Shown in pieces: positions 15,801 to 24,706 of a DNA stretch of 37,929 nucleotides. The notes beneath the pieces are model-generated. The model ran no database searches and was not told the DNA's origin. It was given only the letters and a program-made list of their open reading frames with translations. Made by a program: the position numbers and the translations under genes. Position 1 is the first letter of the stretch. Every line of letters starts with the position of its first letter. This DNA is from Candidatus Altimarinota bacterium (lineage in GTDB: Bacteria; Patescibacteriota; Gracilibacteria; JBDHUY01): NCBI GenBank assembly GCA_039809385.1, contig JBDHUY010000016.1:1-37929 (forward strand). Direction: 5' to 3'.

Positions 15801-17932
15801 GTCGCAAGTGAGGGATGTGGCGCCCCTCCGGTCGAATCATATAAAACCTTCCCTCTCGAGAGAAGGTTTTTTACATACTTCGTTGCCTTGTTCTGGCCGG
15901 TTGGTTCGGGATTGAGGACCGTTACCGTGTAAAAGCCGTTCTCTTTCTTAGCACCGACGATGAAGTAATCATCTTCGTCTACCTTTTTTATAAAATTAAG
16001 ACCTTCGTTTTTTCGCTCGTCAAACCACTGCACGATATAATCGGGCTGATGTATAGTCAATACTGTATTTTCATTTGGAAGGCTGCCATGCTTTTGAATG
16101 ATCTCTTTAGCGTTCTCGTACTTCAATACGAGGGCTTTTTCGCTACCGATCAGTTCTTTCGGAAGGTATGCCAGGATACTAACGGCATCTTCTCCTTTCT
16201 TTACCTTGGCAATGTTTTGGACGAGCGGGGTCAGATTGTCGGGGACTTCGGCTATTGGGGCAATATTGAATACTTTGGTCTTTCCCGCCTGTGGACTGGT
16301 TTCTAGCAGAGGTTCCAACTTTGTAACCTCCTTTGAAGATCCCATGACTCCATGATAAAAATAAGTCAGCTTCTTAACCATCATCGGATTAACCCGACTT
16401 TTCGGACCCGCCAGTGCTTGAAGTTTCATCGGCAAACTTGCATCGTATGCAAGAGCCTTGCGCAAAGGAAAGTAGTAATGGAGAAGATTGCTATATGCTT
16501 GAGTGAATGCGCCGCTTTGATCTTTGCTTGTTGTTCCGGATATTTCGCGGGCTTTCCTTTTTAGGAAAGATTCAAAACCATTCTGACTGCCAAAGTCCTG
16601 CACGAAATCGTCAATACTTTTATAAAGCTGTACTTCCTTAGCCAAAGGTTCTAAATCCTTCGGAACCTTAAAAGCGCCAGAAAAATCTTTGCCGCCGCTG
16701 ACATCTTGAATACTCAATCCGGCATGGGTCTTCATGTACTGGACCGGATTGTTTAAAAATTGCTGGATACTCTCCATCTGCGTTTTCACGATTGTTCGTT
16801 TAGGTGCGGGCAAGGCTAGTCGTGTCAGATCTTGAGCAAAGCCCTCGTATACCTTCCCCGGATCGATCCGGAACTTCTTCGATACTGCCACGATACGGGC
16901 CGTCAAGGGGTTCTCTTTGAGCCACTTTATCGCACCCGTAAGTTCGGCCGATTTGCCGGCCTCTCCTAAACCCACGATATTTTTTTGAATATTTTTCGCC
17001 AGATTCTTGGCCGTTATATCAATCTCTCCGCCGCGAATTCCCAAAAGATCCAGTGATTTATCGGTAATTTTTAGGTTATTCCGAAGTCCCTGTGTCGATC
17101 CTTGTAACGCATCTTTGAGACTGATCCCCATTTTGCTCAATTCGAGCGTGGAAAAAGCAAAAGCGTCTGCCGTTTGCTTATCGCCTTCTTCTCTCGTACT
17201 TTCTATACCCCATTGCTCGTACCCTTCGGGAACCAGCTTCCCCAATGCCTTTTTCATATCGCCAGATCCCATAAAAAGTTCATGCAGCGCGGCCGGGGAG
17301 TAGTATGCTTTGTCCAGGATATCGAGAATCCCCTCCCCTACTTTGCCCACAAGTCCAAAAATAGGATAAATAGCTCGTTCGTTGAATTCTCTCGTAAGTT
17401 GTTCATCTCCTCCCGGCTTACCCATCTCCTGGTACCACCTTTGCTCTGCACGTGCTACGGACATAAAAGATTCCGGTGTTTCATCAAATCCACTAATTGC
17501 TTCCACATGCCCGGACGAATTCCCCGCTCGGGCGCCGAGCAAAGCCCCGCGTACCTCCGGCATGCTTTGTATCTGATCGAGGTACTTCTTTTTGGGTGTC
17601 ACGGGACTTCCGAAAAAGTCGGCAAGCCCCTTGCCGGCATTGTGGGCCAGATCCGATAAAACATCCGGCTCCTTATTCTTTCCTTCCCGCAGAATACTCC
17701 AGGCCTCTTTTTTATTCGGGTTACTGTTCCACCAGTCGTATTGTTGCAGATTCAGACCGCCCACGCTGCGCGCTTTTTCGGCCAACTCCGGAGCCGATAG
17801 AATTCGATTCTTTGGTTTTTCCCTAGACTTTGTCGCATTGCCGGATTTTACCAGATTCTGTAAATAACCGGCACTGTCCTGGACCGACTGGATCGGGTTT
17901 TCAAAAAAAGCAATAAGTGGGTTTTTCGCCAT
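12887..17932 (-). CDS. Very large internal virion/ejection (polyvalent) protein
   Basis: 1681 aa, last gene of the structural module; largely helical; AAEVTNNLFGGINY and DYLGRPIY segments typical of large podovirus core proteins. Confidence 0.7.
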   Translation of the reverse strand: MAKNPLIAFFENPIQSVQDSAGYLQNLVKSGNATKSREKPKNRILSAPELAEKARSVGGLNLQQYDWWNSNPNKKEAWSILREGKNKEPDVLSDLAHNAGKGLADFFGSPVTPKKKYLDQIQSMPEVRGALLGARAGNSSGHVEAISGFDETPESFMSVARAEQRWYQEMGKPGGDEQLTREFNERAIYPIFGLVGKVGEGILDILDKAYYSPAALHELFMGSGDMKKALGKLVPEGYEQWGIESTREEGDKQTADAFAFSTLELSKMGISLKDALQGSTQGLRNNLKITDKSLDLLGIRGGEIDITAKNLAKNIQKNIVGLGEAGKSAELTGAIKWLKENPLTARIVAVSKKFRIDPGKVYEGFAQDLTRLALPAPKRTIVKTQMESIQQFLNNPVQYMKTHAGLSIQDVSGGKDFSGAFKVPKDLEPLAKEVQLYKSIDDFVQDFGSQNGFESFLKRKAREISGTTSKDQSGAFTQAYSNLLHYYFPLRKALAYDASLPMKLQALAGPKSRVNPMMVKKLTYFYHGVMGSSKEVTKLEPLLETSPQAGKTKVFNIAPIAEVPDNLTPLVQNIAKVKKGEDAVSILAYLPKELIGSEKALVLKYENAKEIIQKHGSLPNENTVLTIHQPDYIVQWFDERKNEGLNFIKKVDEDDYFIVGAKKENGFYTVTVLNPEPTGQNKATKYVKNLLSRGKVLYDSTGGAPHPSLATFPPEGTASQLGRAMLSGVGESPATSISQSTQKSIEPQEDMSFDTPEQDNEPPHLLTKDEYTLLAEKYRAARASMMPEFLRAHVRGNQYRLKTYTEYVQDYNAQFQPQQEDMNLSGVEASGEAKPLVSLDETFKKAQEETIPLQVKQEQLFDTRTDAEKKAIIEQGEQALREVLQSGDELKGVQRIEIDTSPEAVQRAALWAVAGNIKKKGFAAFTEDLQKELRRWINNRSAAKTSGYLRKREFEKYDKKGLEGILEFQAGTIDGYQEVKAFFDAAGRKATNAGIQMGYWKHYLPQLWRNSEQEVNEIVSRLTQKPSFSIHRTIESYQMGIKYGLTPRYTSISQLAGWYERTLEKALADRTLFKYLADEGFIQPEESAPIGWKTLGDGFPRFTTIVGEASAGQHTYTGRYAAPAELAKFINNYLDNPTGPLAKLANYTSKMKNIVLSSGVPFTAMNAHGFNILARSVIAAKNPVGQALTGLWYMVRPAEAEKYLLQMDKSELMIDAVQHGLKMNTEKEAVTSLKRGLAEAIKDINKDAEVVKAMRAKESMTKEELENAPMNMKLNLAEKIKLIPSWAGEIQNHLFENGLFEKMLPALKLKAYEEIYKDFLKNKVPEAKERAAEVTNNLFGGINYDLWGRSREMQNILRVFILAPDWAETNVRLGANAIRGFTPKNWFNPRFAPYRRMVRNMILGITTLDTLNYAMHGKHLWEQDPKHWWEIQIGQDENGDPIYMRPFGTAVDFLRIPLDVAVGLMRGDASGVFRVVSNRLSIPLGVFTHLAANTDYLGRPIYGKDRYGNDIPIEKQIANVLGELSQLVVPTYVKSGVDYATGKSSATQAALSGLELPFRFGNKDNEYYRAVDEVEKKDRDEREAFRPEYERIRKMKETDSAKADEEYFKLPPEKRDIYKKLKAADKAKDTKATDKDTYQIFVDIQKVKAEHGKEEADKIYSKLSPEQKESYQRLKKKFGGI

Positions 17933-17950
17933 AAATGGGTCGTTAAAAGA

Positions 17951-20900
17951 CTAAGCTCCTTCGTCCTCATCTTCGTCCAGTTTCTGCCAGACCTCCGGAG
18001 GTAATTCCCAAATGTTTTTCTGGGCATATTCTGGTTTCCATACTCCCGCTTTCAAAAGTTTGACAATCTGTGGATTCGATAACTTTCTCCCTGCTTCGGG
18101 AGTAACGCTCCAGTCGTATTTAGGTTTCTCGAGAAAAGAAGAGAACTTTTCCGCAAAGTCGCGGAAAACACCGGGAGATAGCTTCTCGTATAGTTTTTCG
18201 CTCTCTCGAAACTTTTGCATGATATAATTTTTCACGACGATTTTGTTCGCATTATTAGCATATTCAAATTGATTGGTCAGCTCTTCGGCCACCTCTTCCA
18301 TTGTTTGCTTTTTATCACCCGCAGCCCAGTTCGCGTAGGCCACTGGGATGAACTTATCGACAGACGGATACCCCCCAGTCTTGGTATTTTGCATGCTAGA
18401 CGATACATAATACCCCTTGATCCGCGGATCGTTGATCGAGAGCGTTTCACGCTTGAACCTTCCGCCCGGGACGTTGGTCTGACTGATGGTTATCTTGTCT
18501 TTGGTCACTTGCTCTACATAAAATAGGTGTCCGTAATTGATTCCTGTTTCTGGATCGATCTTGCCGTAGTCCATTATGCCAACTGCACCCGGTAGCGGAT
18601 AACGCGAACCGTTAGCCCCGTTGACCAGACGATCGATTTTATTCTGAAGCGAGAGTAACCCGGACTGCGGGAACCCGGGAATGTTCAGAGAGCGGATATA
18701 TTTAACACAGTTTGATAAAATATCGGGGCTAAGGTTCGTCCCGTCGATCTGTGCCACGCTTCCCGGTACGATAGTATCCGTTCCGTCCAGGTACTGGATG
18801 GCATCGATCTTCCCGGCATTCTTTTGCATCATCATCCAGTCTTGTGCCTTCTGCGCCATTGTGGCGTCACCTTTCATTGTAGCATACATATATGCGCCGA
18901 AAGGGGTGTCGATCATTTGCATCATGGCACTCCGGTCTTTCTCGCTCATAGAGCTGGCCAGAGCGGCTATATCGAGCCCGCTAAAACCGGCCATGGAGAG
19001 GGTGCCTTCGTCTACCATAGAGAGTCCTTTGCCTCCAAAGTTTTCTACCAGGATCTTGATCGCGTCCCGCGCCTGCGTTTGCTGGTCTTTGTTCTCTTCT
19101 CTCTTTTCTTTCTTCAGGGCGATCATCTGGTTAAAATAATCGTTCAGGGCTTCCCGTTTTGCTTTTTGCAGCTCGACAGCGGTCTGCTGATCCTGGGCTC
19201 GCAGTTTCAGCATTGTATCGATGGTGCCGTTGACGGATTCCAAAATACTTTGGGCACTGTCCCGCTGGCGGCGATAGAAGTCGGCGCGTTCCATATAGGC
19301 GCGTTCCTCCTGGCTGACTCGTCCGGCGATCACGCTCATGGGGACCTGTTTGTTCAGCTCGGCATTGCGCTGCTGCCGAAAGGCGGCTTCTTCGTCGGCC
19401 AGCTGCTTATTCCAGTCCTGTACTTCGGTCTGGTACTGCTTGACGTTATAGGCATCCTGCAGCTCTTTATACATCTGTTCGAGTGTTTTGGGCGCCGGAG
19501 CATCGTCCCCCCGGGTAGGAATATCATCTTCGTCGTCTGTACTGCCGTAAGCATCGTTCAGAGCATCATAAAAGTCTTCGATCGAATCATACTGCGTAAT
19601 ATCGAAAGGATCGGTACTCGCCGATCCACTCGGTGCGGAAGACGTTGAGGTATGTTTCTTGTTATACTCGTCCCAGAGGCGATAGGCCTCTACTTGTGCA
19701 GCGGTGGGCTGACCGTTGTTATACAGGGCCATCCACTCCGGATTGCTCGGATCCGGACGGATTACCCCGTCTTTGATGAGACCAAAAAGAAGATTCGCCG
19801 ATAGGCGTCCATATTTATTGTAGGCATCCCACATGGCATAGGCTTGTTTCTGGGCCGAGGTAGCCTCGCCGTTCTGATAGAGCCCCATCCATACCGAATT
19901 AATGCTTGGATCTCTACCGGGCACGAGCATCCCGGCTTTTATTCCTTCAAAAAGTTCCTGGGCACCTCTCCCCTGCCACGGGTTCGCCATACCTCCCGCG
20001 CCGGGGCGATAGAGTATCCCCGTTTCGGGATCGCGGATCGTACGGTTATCCTGATTGGCCATGTCCTGTAAATCTTGGCGGTATCCGGGTTGATTGGTCG
20101 AGCTGTTCTGCTGAGAAGACCCTGGGGCCTCGTAATCGCGTAAATACAAATCCCGTTGTTCTGCGCTCATGGAGTTCCATTTTTCCGGGGTCATCGAAGC
20201 GGGGGCAGGCTTTTTCCCGCTGGCAGGAGGGGGGTTCCCTGCAGGAGTACCGGCAGTTCCTGCGGCAGTATTGTACGGTTGCATGCCGGAAGGCGTCCAC
20301 TGGCCGGAGGTATAGCGCTGCCACATATTCTCTCCGTACTGCGGATCGTCTCTCCGTCCGAATTGCTGTAAAAACTCTTCTTTAGAAATGTTCTGAGTAC
20401 CGGGACTGGGTGGTGTTGCTGCAACGCCGGGGGCGGGCTGGGCGGGAACGGACCCCGATTGTTTGAGAAAATCGGGTTGTCCGTGCTCTTGCGTATACCG
20501 CTCTTTCATTTCATAACTGAGAGTGTTCCACTTCTCCGATGTCATACTACCCGCCGCTTGTTTCTGCTTTTCGGCATCCACGGCACTGACTGGAACCTTG
20601 ACACCGCTCTGTGCGAGGTAGGTATCCAGCTGCTCCGGAGTGGAAAACCTTTGATCGAACGGGGTAAAATTCCCGGATTTGTAGGCCTGATAGCCTTCGT
20701 GTTTGGCGCGTTCATCCCACTTCCACGGATTCTGTAAATAGTCGTTCAATTTATCGATCGCGGCTTTTTGTAAAGCCGGGTGGGCGTTTTTGAATTTTTC
20801 AGATTGCGTAATATCCCCACCCCGCAAGAAATCATCATGTAACGCATCGGTCAGCTCCCACACACTTGGGTTGAAGCGCTTGTTATCATTCTCAAAAGCG

Positions 20901-21415
20901 CTATAACTGCCGTCCCCGGCAGCTTTGAAATTTATCACATTCGGATTGCGTGAGTCGGCGATCGTATTATTGATACCGTAACTATCTAAAAGTCTTTTGG
21001 TTATGGCATTTTTCTGCGCCGAATTCCCTGACAATCCCGTTAGGAAAGATTGTGCCCCCGCCGTATTAGTACCAAAGGACCGATTGATCCAATTCGTGAA
21101 TTCTGCAGTCTGCGTTATATCTTTGCCTTGTCCGTAATTTTGAGCAAACACGTTCTTCTCTTTTGTGTCGCGGATCATCTCTCCCATCCTCTCGTCGGTC
21201 AATTTGCGTACGCCCTGCAAATAGGCCATGTCTTGAAAACTGTTGATATTGTTCGCAATAGCAAAATCCGCCAGGCGTTGGGGATCTTTGACCAGACGAT
21301 CGACTTCTTCGGCTACGGGACGATAGCGCTCTTCTCCCCACCCTTGATGGAGCTTAGTAGGTTTCGCGCTGCGCAGGTAGGTCAGAATATCCTGGGAGTT
21401 GAGATTGTTTGGCAT
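17951..21415 (-). CDS. Internal virion protein with CHAP-type peptidoglycan hydrolase domain
   Basis: NCVKYIR...PGAVGIM...YGHLFYVEQV...ITISQTN (Cys/His CHAP pattern), coiled coil, P/A/G-rich linkers. Confidence 0.7.
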   Translation of the reverse strand: MPNNLNSQDILTYLRSAKPTKLHQGWGEERYRPVAEEVDRLVKDPQRLADFAIANNINSFQDMAYLQGVRKLTDERMGEMIRDTKEKNVFAQNYGQGKDITQTAEFTNWINRSFGTNTAGAQSFLTGLSGNSAQKNAITKRLLDSYGINNTIADSRNPNVINFKAAGDGSYSAFENDNKRFNPSVWELTDALHDDFLRGGDITQSEKFKNAHPALQKAAIDKLNDYLQNPWKWDERAKHEGYQAYKSGNFTPFDQRFSTPEQLDTYLAQSGVKVPVSAVDAEKQKQAAGSMTSEKWNTLSYEMKERYTQEHGQPDFLKQSGSVPAQPAPGVAATPPSPGTQNISKEEFLQQFGRRDDPQYGENMWQRYTSGQWTPSGMQPYNTAAGTAGTPAGNPPPASGKKPAPASMTPEKWNSMSAEQRDLYLRDYEAPGSSQQNSSTNQPGYRQDLQDMANQDNRTIRDPETGILYRPGAGGMANPWQGRGAQELFEGIKAGMLVPGRDPSINSVWMGLYQNGEATSAQKQAYAMWDAYNKYGRLSANLLFGLIKDGVIRPDPSNPEWMALYNNGQPTAAQVEAYRLWDEYNKKHTSTSSAPSGSASTDPFDITQYDSIEDFYDALNDAYGSTDDEDDIPTRGDDAPAPKTLEQMYKELQDAYNVKQYQTEVQDWNKQLADEEAAFRQQRNAELNKQVPMSVIAGRVSQEERAYMERADFYRRQRDSAQSILESVNGTIDTMLKLRAQDQQTAVELQKAKREALNDYFNQMIALKKEKREENKDQQTQARDAIKILVENFGGKGLSMVDEGTLSMAGFSGLDIAALASSMSEKDRSAMMQMIDTPFGAYMYATMKGDATMAQKAQDWMMMQKNAGKIDAIQYLDGTDTIVPGSVAQIDGTNLSPDILSNCVKYIRSLNIPGFPQSGLLSLQNKIDRLVNGANGSRYPLPGAVGIMDYGKIDPETGINYGHLFYVEQVTKDKITISQTNVPGGRFKRETLSINDPRIKGYYVSSSMQNTKTGGYPSVDKFIPVAYANWAAGDKKQTMEEVAEELTNQFEYANNANKIVVKNYIMQKFRESEKLYEKLSPGVFRDFAEKFSSFLEKPKYDWSVTPEAGRKLSNPQIVKLLKAGVWKPEYAQKNIWELPPEVWQKLDEDEDEGA

Positions 21416-21469
21416 AAATACAATGATTTATTTGGTAAATACTCAAAAAATCACCTTTTGCAAGCGATT

Positions 21470-23032
21470 TTATGAAGTTACGTTATTGTCGTTCACCGTT
21501 CCGGTGCCGGCATCGGTAAAGTTGGCGGTGGCATTGTTGAGAGCCACATTGTTCGAAACGATCGTTTTGTCGCAGCCGGATCCGACGATATGAATACCTC
21601 GGCCGCCGTTGGCAATACTTTGATTCCCGTCAATGATCGTATGATCGTTATTGTTTTCGACACGGATCCCATCGCCCGAACATCCATAGACCGAATTGCT
21701 TTGTATAATGTTTTTGTCGCCGTCTGTAATAAGGATGCCGTGATTACGACAGGCATTGACGATATTGCCTTTCATAATACTGCGATTCGACAGAGATCCG
21801 GCCGACTCTATACCGTTGTATCCTCCATTGATCAGGTTATCTATAACGATCGACATATTCCCGGAATCGAGCTTGATGGCTGCCCCGGATCCCGCACTGG
21901 TACCGCGAATATTGTTGCGTCCGACAATACATTTATACCCTACGACATTTACCGCGATAGTTCCTCCGTTTAGGATCTGGTTATCCAGAAACATATTCCC
22001 GGTACCTCCCAGGCTCACGCCAGTGCCTGTAACGTGTTTAATAAAAGAGTTCCGATAGACATTCCCGAAACTATCTTGATCAAAGTTAACAGCCCCCAAA
22101 GTGGTATACTCCGAATAAAAGCCCTCGGCTAAACAATGATGCGTTCCGATGTTATAATTAACCACTAACGCGTTTCCGTTGATATTCCTAAAAGTAGAAT
22201 TGCGGCAATATTCCGTAAAGATATAAGCATTACTGCCAAGGGTCATATTCTCGATACGCACATTCTCTTTGACGGTAGCTATCTTGTAAGCTGCTCCGGA
22301 GATAGATTCTTCGCTGAAATACGCTGCCAAAGTAATGGAAGTATTGCCGCCTACATTGCTGATTTTATAGGCTGTATCGATCGTTCGCCCGGTTTCGCCG
22401 ATGGCGGCGGCGGTAAAAAGATAATCCCCGGCCGCCGCATTGCCGGACCAGCTGGTACCGGTACCGGTGACCGAGGTACTGCCCACGGTAGTGGCAATCG
22501 TACCTGTACCGTACTTGAACGTACCCTTTATGTTAATATTGCAATTTTGCAAAACAACTCCGTCCCGGGATTCGCCGATCACTTCCGTCCCCGTCTCGAT
22601 CGTTATATTGACCGATCCTTCATTATATACGCCGTTTCTGATAAATATTCGTTTTTTCCCGGCCGTAATAGCCGCGCCCAGAGTCGTGTAGTGCCCCATG
22701 CCGCTCGCGTCCACGATCGCTTCAAAAACCTGATAACCGGCAATAACCGCGTTGCGACAGTACAGATTACCTCGCATATCGACGGCAAAGGCATTTTGCA
22801 ATGCGTCAGCAAACGTATTTTTTCCCAGCCACAAGCCTTCGCGATTAGCATGGAATGCCACGTCGCCGGCACCGACTTGGACCTCTTTCAGGTTGCGCAG
22901 GTATTGCAAAATATACGGACCGATCTGAGACATGATATTCGGATCTAGGGATGTTCCGGCCTCTTGTTGTGGGCCTGCTCCCCCCTCCTGCATAGCTTGA
23001 GGATAGGGCAGATCGGTAAAAAAGTTATTCAT
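21470..23032 (-). CDS. Tail spike/fibre with right-handed parallel beta-helix (pectin-lyase/NosD-like)
   Basis: IVDASGMGHYTTLGAAI...IFIRNGVYNE...IGESRDGVVL followed by Asn-ladder repeats (GNIV, SNSV, GNQS, NNVA). Confidence 0.8.
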   Translation of the reverse strand: MNNFFTDLPYPQAMQEGGAGPQQEAGTSLDPNIMSQIGPYILQYLRNLKEVQVGAGDVAFHANREGLWLGKNTFADALQNAFAVDMRGNLYCRNAVIAGYQVFEAIVDASGMGHYTTLGAAITAGKKRIFIRNGVYNEGSVNITIETGTEVIGESRDGVVLQNCNINIKGTFKYGTGTIATTVGSTSVTGTGTSWSGNAAAGDYLFTAAAIGETGRTIDTAYKISNVGGNTSITLAAYFSEESISGAAYKIATVKENVRIENMTLGSNAYIFTEYCRNSTFRNINGNALVVNYNIGTHHCLAEGFYSEYTTLGAVNFDQDSFGNVYRNSFIKHVTGTGVSLGGTGNMFLDNQILNGGTIAVNVVGYKCIVGRNNIRGTSAGSGAAIKLDSGNMSIVIDNLINGGYNGIESAGSLSNRSIMKGNIVNACRNHGILITDGDKNIIQSNSVYGCSGDGIRVENNNDHTIIDGNQSIANGGRGIHIVGSGCDKTIVSNNVALNNATANFTDAGTGTVNDNNVTS

Positions 23033-23033
23033 A

Positions 23034-24434
23034 TTACGTAATGGAAATTTCTACAGATTCAATCTCAGGAGCATTGTTGGCGTTCACTGCAGCCGCGATC
23101 TTGAACTGAACCGTATTCGCCTCGAGTATTTTGACTTTGGCGTATTTGCAGAGTCTCTTAGAGTCATTCACCAAATCGACGTTGGCATAAGCGGCATAGT
23201 TGACACTTTTTTGCAGCGTAATATCGCAATTAGCCGGAATAGAACGATAATTGATCTTGATATCGATAGTCTTTTGAATCGAGCGCGCCATATCGATCAC
23301 TCGTGTCTCGAAATAGGCGCTGGCATATTTGTTCGACCAATCGATTTTATCCACCCCGTAATTGCTGCCATCCTTCCAAGCCACCAAAAAGTCGTCGCCG
23401 ACCGCCTCGATCGCGCCGATCTCGATACTGCTCGTGAGATTTTGTGAAATGATATAGTCGAGCGACAATACCCGGGGGTAGTTTCTGCTATAGCTTCCGT
23501 AGCTGTAAACTCCCTGCAGAGCCGGATTCCCCGCAATATTTGACAACCCGAACAACGTTCTTTTCTGAAACAATGCCGCGGCGTTTTTGTGGACCGTTGC
23601 TTTTTTGGTACTATCCCAAGCCCCCGGCAAGCGCATAAATTGCTCTAAGCGAGCTCCCTCGTAGAGATAGAAAAAACCTTTGGTGCCGGCCGACAGGAGG
23701 ATTGTATTGTCCATGGGAATAAAACCGTTAATCCCTACCTCGGGAACATCGTCCTCGTTCGTCCAGCTCTCCGACCAGGTATTCCAGCGAATAATACGAC
23801 ACATGTTCACATTGTCGTTGATATAGGTGCCGATCAAAAGATCGTTGGTATCGATCCAAAGGGATTTGATCCGATAAGTACTGGGAATATCCAAAGCATT
23901 CCCGGTAAAAACATTCGATTCGTCGACCTGGGCAATATAGTTCTTGTCTCCGATATACAAGACGCCGTTCAATAAAAATATCGGATGAAACAAAGCGTCG
24001 GTATTCATGAAGGTAGCCCAGCTGTCGTTGCGGGTCGACCAGGCAGTGCCGATCTGCCAGCGTCCCAAGCGCGACTGCATGGAGTAGTACAGATAGCCAT
24101 TGTGTTCGGCAGCATCGAGTATGGATGCTGCTCCGGCCGCTGGCGCGGCAGTAGCTTCCAGCGTATAAGTACCTCCCGAAGTACGGGACCAGATCTTGCC
24201 GCTGGTCGAAGAAAAGAGATAACTTTTCCCGTCGCTGCAGGATCGAATTGTCTTGACCAGAGCATCGATCGTACTGCCGCTCTCTTTGGTTAGTTTTTGG
24301 TGTACTTTGAGCACTCCGGGTTCGGAATGCAGATCAAAACCGACGATCGTGGCCAGAGAGTTCTGTACTCCCTGGTACCGACTGTCGGCCAGACCTCCCA
24401 AGTTAAAGTTTTTCAGCTCAATAGTGCTTGGCAT
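23034..24434 (-). CDS. Tail tubular/stabilisation protein (beta-propeller-like)
   Basis: 466 aa, repeated short beta-strand blades (LYYS, LYIG, LLIG, ILLS, FLVA), podovirus gene position. Confidence 0.6.
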   Translation of the reverse strand: MPSTIELKNFNLGGLADSRYQGVQNSLATIVGFDLHSEPGVLKVHQKLTKESGSTIDALVKTIRSCSDGKSYLFSSTSGKIWSRTSGGTYTLEATAAPAAGAASILDAAEHNGYLYYSMQSRLGRWQIGTAWSTRNDSWATFMNTDALFHPIFLLNGVLYIGDKNYIAQVDESNVFTGNALDIPSTYRIKSLWIDTNDLLIGTYINDNVNMCRIIRWNTWSESWTNEDDVPEVGINGFIPMDNTILLSAGTKGFFYLYEGARLEQFMRLPGAWDSTKKATVHKNAAALFQKRTLFGLSNIAGNPALQGVYSYGSYSRNYPRVLSLDYIISQNLTSSIEIGAIEAVGDDFLVAWKDGSNYGVDKIDWSNKYASAYFETRVIDMARSIQKTIDIKINYRSIPANCDITLQKSVNYAAYANVDLVNDSKRLCKYAKVKILEANTVQFKIAAAVNANNAPEIESVEISIT

Positions 24435-24436
24435 AT

Positions 24437-24694
24437 TTATAGTGTTTTAGCCTCTAAGATAGCGAGACGTTTATCCAGCTCGGCCTGTCTGATCTTTATT
24501 TCGGCAATATCACTTTTAAGCTCCACGTCGGTAATACCCAGCGAGTCGATTGCTCGCAAATCCTGCGCCAAGCGCTGGTTCAACAAAGCGATATCGGTTT
24601 TCAATTCTCCAACTGTGAGTACTGAATTGACGATAATAACAACGACCGTAATGCTCAAACTCACCAAAGGGTGCATATCTTTCAGCTTACTCAT
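24437..24694 (-). CDS. Small TM + coiled-coil protein
   Basis: N-terminal hydrophobic helix followed by heptads ending in RLAILE. Confidence 0.65.
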   Translation of the reverse strand: MSKLKDMHPLVSLSITVVVIIVNSVLTVGELKTDIALLNQRLAQDLRAIDSLGITDVELKSDIAEIKIRQAELDKRLAILEAKTL

Positions 24695-24706
24695 TTGTGT
24701 ATTGGG

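Noticed and set aside
21426-21436. E3 arm complementarity to 5' UTRs at 21426-21436 and 37411-37423, or to the MTase coding region near 4100-4111
   Set aside because: Matches are only 11-12 nt and mostly AT-rich or wobble-dependent, so they are expected by chance.
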